64,000 nucleotides of DNA, taken from the NCBI GenBank assembly GCA_951406725.2, contig OX597823.1, forward strand, positions 36,394,001 to 36,458,000. The letters are read 5' to 3'. Origin of the DNA: Octopus vulgaris (Eukaryota). The translations under genes and the position numbers were made by a program. A model generated the notes under the pieces. It did not search any database, was not told where the DNA came from, and saw nothing but the letters and a program-made list of their open reading frames with translations. Position 1 is the stretch's first letter. Each line of letters starts with the position of its first letter. Shown one piece after another: positions 27,081 through 38,080 of the stretch.

Positions 27081-27220
27081 CATTGAATAATATGGGTTCA
27101 AAAAAAGTTTTTTACATAATTGTCACATTGAATATTATGCATTCAAAAAAGTTTTTTACATAATTGTCATATTGGATATTATGAATTCAAAAATGTTTTT
27201 TTATACATAATTGTCACATT
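27081..27220. repeat. 44-45-bp tandem subrepeats inside the inverted-repeat arm (mirrored at ~30047-30186)
   Basis: ttcaaaaaa.gttttttacataattgtcacattg.atattatg starting at 27097, 27142, 27186. Confidence 0.85.
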
Positions 27221-27865
27221 ACATGTATAGATATAGTGTTTGGTAACAGAGAAGTTCAATAGTGTGATGAGAATATTTGGGAAAATTTGGCAGAAAAGGA
27301 TAAAACAAATATATTATTGGGAATTGGTTGCGTTAATTATTGGTTGTCGCAAATTGTCACATTACATGTATATATATACAGTCTTTGGTATATATATACA
27401 GCCTTTTGACAGCAAAAATTAAAATGGATTTTTTATACATCTCAGAATATTTTAAGTTCAAGGCGAGAATATGTTTTTACTGACCTGTCGGTATTAGCAG
27501 AAAGGCTGAACTGAGAGAAAAGAAGAAGTAGCCAATGTGGTGTATACTTCCCCTTTATGCATGAATGATTTTGGGGTTATCAGGAGGTTAGTATGCGGGT
27601 GTGAATAGATGTGTCCGTGCCTGCTGGTCAGATAGCGTCTGTTTGTCACACACATATATATACACACACACACACACACACAACAACACACACACACACA
27701 CACATAGTATACAAACACACACCACATACAAACAACACACACACACACACACAGAACACACCCACCCACACACAACACACCCACATATATCACATATACA
27801 CACAGCACACAAATATAACATGTATCTATATATAATATACACAGATATATAACACACACACACAC

Positions 27866-27904
<39 letters not shown>

Positions 27905-27980
27905 CACACGCACACATACATACATAATATAAATATCACACAAATACACCTAGCATATATATACACATACAATACACACA

Positions 27981-28469
27981 TACAGCATGTAAATAATACA
28001 CATACACAATATATGCATGCAATATACATACGCAATACATACATATAATATATATATATATAGACAATGCATATACATATATACATATATACATATAAAT
28101 AGTGTTTACATACACATACATAGATGTACCACATATACACACAATACACATACATACAATGCATACACATACACGTACGCATACATATAATATATACATA
28201 CACACACACACACATAACATACATACACAATGCATACATATATATACACGCAATGCATATACATGTATTCATGCACATATAGCACACCTACAATATACAT
28301 ATATACAATGCACACATACACACACATATATACACTTAATTGTACACATACATATACAATACACATACATACAATATACATATACACAATGCGCATGCAA
28401 ATAATGTACATGTTTATACACACATAAATATGCAAATAAATATACACACACACACACATACACACACAT

Positions 28470-28500
<31 letters not shown>

Positions 28501-28696
28501 CATACATACATACATACATGCACATACATATATTTTTTCACACACATACACACACATATATATATATAAAAAATTCACCCCCCCCCACACAAATTACAAA
28601 CCTATAGCGTACACACTCAAATATATCTCTACATACCGCACACACACACAAACAAAGTACTAACATATACACACATACCATGCATATACACACACA

Positions 28697-28729
<33 letters not shown>

Positions 28730-28945
28730 AAAACAAATACACATGTAAATACATACACACGTACACAATGCTCACACACTCACACACACACACACATACA
28801 CACACACCCGCACACAGTGCACACACACACACACACATATATACACACGTGCACACACACACACACAACGCGCACGCACACACACATATACACACACACG
28901 CACACAGTGCGCACACACACACACACACATATATATATATACACC

Positions 28946-29006
<61 letters not shown>

Positions 29007-29260
29007 CACTCACACACATACATCACCTACATATATATAATGCATGCGTGTGCATGCCACGTATGTGTGCGGTCAATGCCCGCTAGTGTGTCCTATGCGT
29101 GCCGATGCGCGCATGTGCCCGCCCGCACGATATGCTGTGAGCGTGCGCGCGTCCCTGTGTGCTTGCTCTGGATGTGTTTCCAGGGGGTATGTTAGAGTAT
29201 GTTTAGTTGTGGTCTGTATTTTTGAATAAGATTACTTTCCTTATTTATTCGTGTTTGGTC
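27981..29260. repeat. Spacer of the inverted repeat: CA/TA low-complexity sequence plus a garbled TG/CG-rich segment
   Basis: CA-rich to ~29040, then TG/CG-rich irregular sequence to 29260. Confidence 0.8.
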
Positions 29261-29337
29261 TGTGTGTATTGTATGTGTATATATATGCTAGGTGTATTTG
29301 TGTGATATTTATATTATGTATGTATGTGTGCGTGTGT

Positions 29338-29405
<68 letters not shown>

Positions 29406-30283
29406 TTATATATCTGTGTATATTATATATAGATACATGTTATATTTGTGTGCTGTGTGTATATGTGATATATGTGGGTGCGTTGTGTGTGGGTGTGTGT
29501 GTTCTGTGTGTGTGTGTGTGTGTTGTTTGTATGTGGTGTGTGTTTGTATACTATGTGTGTGTGTGTGTTGTTGTGTGTGTGTGTTGTTGTGTGTGTGTGT
29601 GTGTGTATATATATGTGTGTGACAAACAGACGCTATCTGACCAGCAGGCACGGACACATCTATTCACACCCGCATACTAACCTCCTGATAACCCCAAAAT
29701 CATTCATGCATAAAGGGGAAGTATACACCACATTGGCTACTTCTTCTTTCTCTCAGTTCAGCCTTTCTGCTAATACCGACAGGTCAGTAAAAACATATTC
29801 TCGCCTTGAACTTAAAATATTCTGAGATGTATAAAAAATCCATTTTAATTTTTGCTGTCAAAAGGCTGTATATATATACCAAAGACTGTATATATATACA
29901 TGTAATGTGACAATTTGCGACAACCAATAATTAACGCAACCAATTCCCAATAATATATTTGTTTTATCCTTTTCTGCCAAATTTTCCCAAATATTCTCAT
30001 CACACTATTGAACTTCTCTGTTACCAAACACTATATCTATACATGTAATGTGACAATTATGTATAAAAAAACATTTTTGAATTCATAATATCCAATGTGA
30101 CAATTATGTAAAAAACTTTTTTGAATGCATAATATTCAATGTGACAATTATGTAAAAAACTTTTTTTGAACCCATATTATTCAATGTTTCCTTAAATGTT
30201 ACTTTTGACAATCTTTTACCAAAGAGTGAAACCGGTTAAGTAAATAAACATCGTTTAAATTGCATTTTCAAACCTTTTTTCTT
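29261..30283 (+). repeat. Right arm of ~1-kb inverted repeat
   Basis: Reverse complement of 26984-27980; differs by a few transitions and microsatellite/homopolymer lengths. Confidence 0.95.
30199..30243 (+). ncRNA. Minimal type I hammerhead ribozyme-like motif (U3-A8 variant)
   Basis: Stem I UUACUU (30199-204)/AAGUAA (30238-243); core UUGACAA; stem II UCUUUU-ACCA-AAGAGU; GAAA; palindromic ACCGGU stem III; GUU triplet; AATAAA at 30243-30248. Confidence 0.6.
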
Positions 30284-30318
30284 ATATAATCCCACTCGTG
30301 CGATACCCCACAACTCAA

Positions 30319-30749
<431 letters not shown>

Positions 30750-30751
30750 CA

Positions 30752-32135
30752 GTGCGTGAGATCTCGAATAACCCAATTTCTGGAAAGCAACAGACGGCTG
30801 ATCTCCAATCAACATGGGTTCCGTAATGGAAGGGACTGCCTAACGCAGCTCCTGCATCACTTTGAGGACATTTTGAGAGCTTTGGGAGAGGGCTCCAACA
30901 CCGATGTCATCTACCTTGATTTCAGTAAGGCCTTTGACAGGGTCAATCACAAGATCCTATTGAAAAAACTATCCAACATTGGTGTCTCTGGAAAGTTACT
31001 GAAATGGATCAAGTGTTTCCTGACAGACAGATCTCAACATGTTGTAGTTGAAGGGGTAAAATCAAGCCCAGCCAAAGTCAGTAGTGGCGTTCCGCAAGGC
31101 ACTGTGCTGGGCCCACTTCTTTTCATCATTTACATTAATGACATTAATGACATCATCAAGCACAGCAACATAAAAATCTTTGCAGATGACTCCAAGCTAC
31201 AGAAGGTCATAAATGAGGCGAGTGACCGGACATGCCTTCAGTCAGATCTACTGGCTGTTATCCAATGGGCAGAAAAAAACAATATGCTGCTGAACGAGGA
31301 TAAATTTGAGCTAATCCACTTTGGAAAAGAGGATGCCCAGAAACTCCCATACTCCCTTCCTTCAGGTGAAACTCTCGCGGCGTCCAACAACATCAGAGAC
31401 CTGGGAGTAATTGTGGACAACAACATAAGCTGGGCCACTCATATAAACACCAAAGTTGACATGGCCCGCAGAATGTGTTCCTGGATTCTCAGAACTTTCC
31501 AGTCGAGAGATATCCACACCATTATCCTTCTCTTCTCCACTTTTGCCCGACCCCACCTTGAATACTGTTGTCCACTGTGGTCTCCCCACACAATACAAGG
31601 TATCATAAAAGTTGAAGCACCTCAAAGGGCAATCACAAAAAAGATAGATGGCATGACAGGCCTCGACTATTGGGGTCGACTAGAAAAGCTAAAACTCTAT
31701 TCTCTCCAACGTCGTCGTGAGCGCTACATCATCTGCATGATGTGGAAAATATTCCATCAGCATTGCCCAAATGATGTTGGCATCACCTTTAAGGTACATC
31801 CAAGGCTTGGGCCCCGTGCCATCCGCCCAAAACAAAAATCGCACTCTCATCTCATAACAACAATACGGCACAATTATTTCACCTCAATTGGCCCCGCTCT
31901 CTTTAACATTAAACTGACCCTATAGGGTTCAAGAAGTCTTTGGACAGATTCCTTCAAGAAATCCCGGATAAACCCCCTACACCCGGATATGTCTCTGTAA
32001 ACAATAACTCTCTACTTGAGTGGGCCATAGTGCCCAAATTCTGACTTGAAAGACTTCACCAGGTGGTGCTATTAAGTTAGACATGGCCTGGGCCAATAAT
32101 GGCCGAAACCTATCAAAGTATCAAAGTATCAAAAG
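30752..32135 (+). mobile_element. Young 5'-truncated CR1/L2-group LINE (RT to 3' tail)
   Basis: Open frame: [60 protein letters not shown]; one frameshifting deletion at ~31911, then TDPIGFKKSLDRFL..PKF* (32044); 3' stem-loop and (TATCAAAG)3 tail. Confidence 0.9.
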
Positions 32136-33450
32136 TAAAGTGCAGTGTGTTTGAAAGTGAATGTTTGTAATTGTGAAGCAAACAACATAACCACAGTCTG
32201 TGTTCCTTGCTCCTCTCTCTCTCCCTCTGTCTCTCTCACTTACTCTCAGCATCTCTCTTACTCTCTCCTTAAGCAAACAGAGCAGTCAACAGTTATTACA
32301 TTGTATTAACATGAGATTTTCTTACAAGAAAGTGTCATTTAGGAGAATTGGAGAATGGGTGGAGGAAACATGAAGAATGATGAATAAGAAGCTGACCATT
32401 TGTACAGACTGACTACAAGGCAGTACAGTGGTGGTGGTGGTGGGTATGCAGGGTAGCTTAGGTACAGACACTAGTTCTTTTGTTACTCTTTCTTTTCAAT
32501 ATCATCTTCATCATCACAATCATCACTATCTCCTCCTCCTCCTCCTGGTCACTTGTATTGACTATACCCTCCCTCCAAAAACTTGGACCTTCTGCCAATA
32601 TTATAAGTAATTATTGTAATTAATCTGCATTAGAAACGATGCTTCACATTTTTTATGGTTTTTTTCCCATTGTTTGTGTGAAGAAGAGAAAAAATGCATT
32701 TTTTATTCCTTGAAGTAAAATTATGAGTTATCTTTTAGACCTAGGTCAATCCCGGTTCTATAGAGCTATGATTAAATGTATTCCATAATGACCAGCATAT
32801 TTTTTTCTTTTAACAGATGATAGAATGTGATTTGAGGGGGATTTTGGTTGCTACCACTAGCAGGCAAGATGACCTTATAAATGTTCTCTTGTTGTTTCAT
32901 CCGATTTTTATGTAGGAGGATAGTAAGAACTTTGTTTGGGGTTGGGGACAAGAAATTATCCTGGGCACATATGTTGTTAGGTGGTGGGGTCTGATAGTGC
33001 ACATAGGAATGGGTGTGTTGAAGATAAGGATGTAAATGAAAATATTTTATTATCAACAGTGATGTAGTGTGGGTAGGGCCTCTGAGCTGGTTGCCCTGGG
33101 AACAAAATTCTTAATGAGTATAAAATTTTAAATAAAATACTAAAGAAGTGATGATAAATAATGAATAGCTGGCCTGTCCCAGAAAACTTGTCTTGCCTTG
33201 GCTGCTGGTTACCCTCATTACACCACTGATTTTTAAATGGTATCATGCTGTTTTGGGACGAGATTTTGATTGTGTAGTAGTGATGTGGTGAGGTTGACAG
33301 CAGGGAGGTGAAACAATTGCATGTTTCTTGCATCTGAGAGGCCAAAGGTTTACATTTCAATAATTATTTATTGGTTTACATCACTATGCCTTTTTGCAGT
33401 ATTTTACTGTTTCAGAACTTGGATATTGGTAAAACTGGTAAACCATAGCA

Positions 33451-34015
33451 TGAAAGGTAATATTTATCCCTACTTAAATGTGGATGTTCTGGTAGATCAA
33501 ACTTTACTGTGGTTGATACTATGAGTGAAACTCTCATATTGCTTTTGGTGCAAAATGGACTCTTGTTTATATCGCTAGCAGGGAAATAAATCTCCACCAT
33601 CTCCAGCACTGAGACCACCAGATTATGTGATTTCAGTCTTCATTTGGTTTCATCAATGATAGATACTCAACTACAAGAGATAGCAGGAACTCATCTCTCT
33701 GCCAGCAATATATAGAAAAAACAGTGCCATAACAGGCACTGGTGTCATGATTATCATTGGCAGGAAGATGATTCTCTGCTATCTTAAGTAGTTGAGTATC
33801 TATCATTAATGAGACCAAGGAAGATTGAAATCATGTGATTTAGTGGTCTTGATACTGAAGATTTGGCACTGGGGATTTATCTCTCTGCTTGCAGTATAAA
33901 TGAGCTTGCATTCTGCACCAAAGCCAATATGAGAGTTTTTCTCATGGTATCTATTGCAGTAAAATTTGCTCTAACAGAACATTCCCATTTAAGTGGGGAT
34001 AAATGTTACCTTACA
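33451..34015. repeat. ~565-bp imperfect palindrome (fold-back/MITE-like)
   Basis: Central stem cagtgcc/ggcactg with 6-nt loop (33722-33741); perfect 20-bp pair 33655-33674 / 33788-33807; ends tgaaaggtaatatttatccc / ggggataaatgttaccttaca. Confidence 0.9.
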
Positions 34016-35972
34016 GTATTAATACTGCCTCTGTTGCTAAGATATATTTTATAGCCTGAAATACCTTGCTGTATTTGGTTGTAACCATTATTTTGAATTT
34101 AAGGACTTGTGCCTAAAGCAGAAAGGATTATTATTGAAGTTCAAAGACTGCCAAACTTTGTTTTTATGTATTTTGAAATGAAATTAATTCAATAAGCCCT
34201 GGAATTGATTTAATTAACTATAGCCTCTTTCCGAAATTGTGGCCTTGTATCAAGATTAAAAATAAACATTTTTGTATTGTGGCTTCTGATGGCTTTAGAC
34301 ATGTTTTCTTGCAACTGAGGTTCACTTTTATATGAGACTGAGATCATCAGGAAATCTCAATAAAACAATATCTAGTTGCTTTCCTTGAAAACCATTTTCT
34401 ATTTCTATACATGGCTATATCATCATAGATTACAAGATAGATATATGATGAAAATTAAGCCTGCTTTAAGACAGGATGAAAATATTTATAAATATGCATT
34501 TTATAATAATTAAAGTAATGGATTTTTCTACAATTTGTAATTATTTTGAAATAACTGCTTATTAACATATGGCTGATATCTGTTTGTGGAAAGTAAGTGA
34601 TGTAATTTATTGAGCTAGACAACCGATATTACTAATGTTTATTTCATTGATCCTGGAAGGTTGAGTAGAAAATTGACGCTATTATTTAGAATGGGTTGAT
34701 AAGAGTTAAGGATCCTTGAAAGGGATAAAGTGTAATGTTTAAAATGAGATTCTAATAACAATCTTCCAGCCAGAAGTAAAGCAACTTAGCAAACTTGGTA
34801 TATAAAGACTGAGAAAAAAAAAGAATGTTCTTCAATTTTTTAAATATATTTGTTTGTCATAATTGGTTTTAACCTGTGTGGTTCAAACAATGAGTTTTGG
34901 TGTTTTGTAGGCATTAATTCCACCGATGAACTCTTTTATAATTGATTCAACCTGAAATGGCAACAGAATAATATGGAGTCTTAAAGACAGATTTATTTTG
35001 TGTGTGTTGTTACTAAATCCTGCTGATTGATCACTGTTTTCTACTATGTCTGATGCCATGCAATAGATTCACGTATGATTGATTAAAGATTATATTACTT
35101 GCTACCTTTTGATTGATTCATTTTGTTTGACCTTGTTATCTTAGTATATCAGTGGATACCATCTTGATTCTTTTGATTCAATGACTTGTCTCTCAAGATA
35201 TCTCCAGAAACTAATACATGTTTCTTTTCATTCAAAGTTGGCTGGTTTCATATCCAATCCAATGTAGTAGAGTACTTTGTATCTGGTAGGAATGGCTAAG
35301 AACATTGACTCTTAATGCTCTGCTATTCCACTCAACAAATGTATACTAGTGGACTGTTAATTAGTTTGGCAGTCTTTTGTGTGCATCAGCGTGTCTGAGC
35401 ATATACTCATAAAATATAAAATCGTATTTCGAATACAAATTTTATTTTTTGTGTTTTATCTCAGAATTCAAATTTCTCATATATTGATCCTGATAACTAT
35501 AATCACTTTATTATATTAGTTCTTTTTGTATTGGGCAGCCAAATATTTGACATCAAGCAATTTAATTATTGTAAAGAAATTTGAAAGGAAAAGATAAGGA
35601 AGAGAGTGGGAGAGAGAGAGAAGAGGAGAGAAAGGGAGAGGAAGAGAGAGAGAAGACAGAATTCACAATTAGAAAGAGATAATGAAATAGAATTAAAATA
35701 AAATATTACGTTATCCACAGTTGACCAGGAAATAAAGGATTTGAAACTAAAATCTTATGTTTTTGATGTATTTTTTTTTGTAATCAAATAAAAATATAAA
35801 CAAAGTAGAAGTTGTTGAAAAACTGTTGTTGAAAGAATAAGTTATTGGCTGGTTTATTGCCTAGTAATATTTTTAAATCAATTCAGTTGATCCTTATTAT
35901 AAGATTGGGAACTATCTATTGTAGACTGCCAAAAGGAGATTTGGAGTAAGTTGCTGTACCTTAACACACACT

Positions 35973-36983
35973 ATCATCATCATCATCATCATTTAACGTC
36001 CGCTTTCCATGCTAGCATGGGTTGGACGGTTCAACTGGGGTCTGGGGAGCCCGAAGGCTGCACCAGGCCAGTCAGATCTGGCAGTGTTTCTACAGCTGGA
36101 TGCCCTTCCTAACGCCAACCACTCCGAGAGTGTAGTGGGTGATTTTATGTGCCACCGACACAGGTGCCAGACGAGGCTGGCGAACGGCCACGCTCGGATG
36201 GTGTTTTTATGTGCCACCGACACAGGTGCCAGACGAAGCTGGCGAACGGCCACGCTCGGATGGTGTTTTTATGTGCCACCAACACAGGTGCCAGACAAGG
36301 CTAGCAGACGACGACCACGCTCGGATGGTGTTTTTATGTGCCACCGACACAGGTGCCAGACGAGGCTGGCGAACATGGTGTTTTATGTGCCACGCTGGCG
36401 AACGCCATGCTCGGATGGTGTTTTTATGTGCCACCGACACAGGTGTCAGACAAGGCTAGCAGACGACCACGCTCGGATGGTGTTTTTTATGTGCCACCGA
36501 CACAGGAGCCAGATTAGGCTGGTGATCGGCCACGATTGGATGGTGATTGTTACGTGCCCACAGCATGGAGACCAGTCGGTGCGGTACTGGCTACGGCCAC
36601 GTTCGGATGGTTTTCTTGTGTGCCACCGGCACTGGTACCACAAAGATACAAATTCCATTGATGTTCATCTATTTTGATTTTGTTTGATTTTCACATGCCT
36701 CAACAGGTCTTCACAAGTGTCACAAGAAGGAAGGTATGCACAGGTGGACTGACTACGTCCCAGGTAGGGGCCACGGGTTATGGCCTGACTAGTCTTGCCG
36801 GGTCTTCTCACGCACAGCATACTTCCATAGGTCTCGGTCTCTAGTCATTTCCTTGGTGAGACCTAAAGTTCGTAGGTCGTGCTTCACCACTTCGTCCCAG
36901 GTTTTCCTGGGTCTACCTCTTCCACAGGTTCCCTCAACTGCTAGGGTGTAGCACTTTTGCACACAACTATCTTCAGCCATTCT
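35973..36983 (-). mobile_element. 5'-truncated RTE LINE with expanded 3' UTR minisatellite
   Basis: ORF end GTCGRGRPRKTWDEVVKHDL..VREKTRQD* (36789); 3' UTR with ~9 units of ~62 bp (36143-36640); (GAT)n tail; CpGs retained. Confidence 0.9.
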
Positions 36984-37709
36984 CGATGGTGCGAAAATAG
37001 ATGCTAGGTGAACAAGTCTATTTAGAGTGATGTACATTTACCAGTGAAACAACTCATATTTGCTAATTGTATAAGATCTACCAGCATCTCAATTGTTGGG
37101 CTGGAATAGTTGATATTATTTGCAACAATTTCTAACTATCGTGAAGGAGCTTGAGACAAAGGTGCTGATGTCAAGTTGAAATGTATCAAATGATATAAAT
37201 TGTGAACAATAATAATAATCATAACTTGGAGGACCTGTGAATCATCATCATCATCTTCATCATTGTGATGATGATGATGGAATTAATAGTAAACCTATTG
37301 GGTTATTCTTGAAAACTTTATCTAGAAAACCTAAAAGGGTAGCCTGTGTTGTGTCTGTATCAAAAGATAGTCACTCATTGAAAAGTGAAAGAAATTGGAA
37401 TACAATGATTAGTTAATGCACTTTATATATATATACTTCATATACTTTATGCACAATTTTATAGACTTAATACACAGCACTCATAAAATAAATATTCACT
37501 CCTATTTTTCCAGTTTTCCCATAATCATAAAAAATTACATTTTAAAATTTACATGGTCACAATTTCATTTCTAGAAATCAAAAATTTTATAGTAAAAAAA
37601 ATAAATTTTATATGTAAAATTCATGGGGGTAAAAATTTAATGCATACTCTGAAAACCACATTGTTGGTAACTTATAAGCCAAGGTGACGGGTCAGAGCCA
37701 ATACCCATT

Positions 37710-38030
37710 TCAATTCACATACACCTTTCCATCCAATACTTCTTTGAAGCCTATGTTCTTCATGTATGTTCTCCCTCTGCTTTTCCCTTGTTTATCAGTG
37801 TTGATAACTTTAACTCTCACATCAGATAATTTGCAAGCCCTTGAGAATGCAACATACAGCTGACCATGGCTGAGTACAGGTTCAGGCAAGAGCAAACCCA
37901 CTTTATCAAATGTCTGCCCTTGTGATTTATTGATAGTTATTGCATATACTAGGTGAATGGGAAACTGGTTTCTTTCTAAAGTGAATGGCAAGTTTGGAAT
38001 GCACATGCATTAAGTGATAGGTGGTATAAA
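37710..38030 (-). pseudogene. Helitron RepHel PIF1-helicase C-terminal fragment
   Basis: RNQFPIHLVYAITINKSQGQTFDKVGLLLPEPVLSHGQLYVAFSR..KNIGFKEVL. Confidence 0.88.
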
Positions 38031-38080
38031 AAACTTAGTTCAATTAAAAAAAATTACTTTTCACTCTCTCTCTCACTCTC

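Larger units (their letters stand above)
26984..27980 (-). repeat. Left arm of ~1-kb inverted repeat (putative Penelope pLTR-like, non-coding)
   Basis: Reverse complement of 29261-30283; identical 60-aa ORF artefacts at 27240 (+) and 29845 (-). Confidence 0.95.

Noticed and set aside
27240-27422. Duplicated 60-aa ORF (also 29845-30027) as a gene
   Set aside because: Non-ATG start, no motif; its identity simply reflects the inverted repeat.
27494-29825. Cys/Val- and His/Thr-rich ORFs
   Set aside because: Translations of (CA)/(TG) repeats.
32085-32110. Hammerhead in the CR1-group 3' UTR (stem followed by GAAAC)
   Set aside because: No CUGANGA-type core or stems I and III; better explained as a LINE 3' stem-loop.
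32780-33330. Possible decayed LINE endonuclease region; similar hints at ~47550-48060
   Set aside because: No diagnostic motif recovered.
36143-36640. CRISPR-like repeat-spacer array
   Set aside because: The intervening segments are homologous to each other, the array lies in an RTE 3' UTR, the context is eukaryotic and there are no cas genes.
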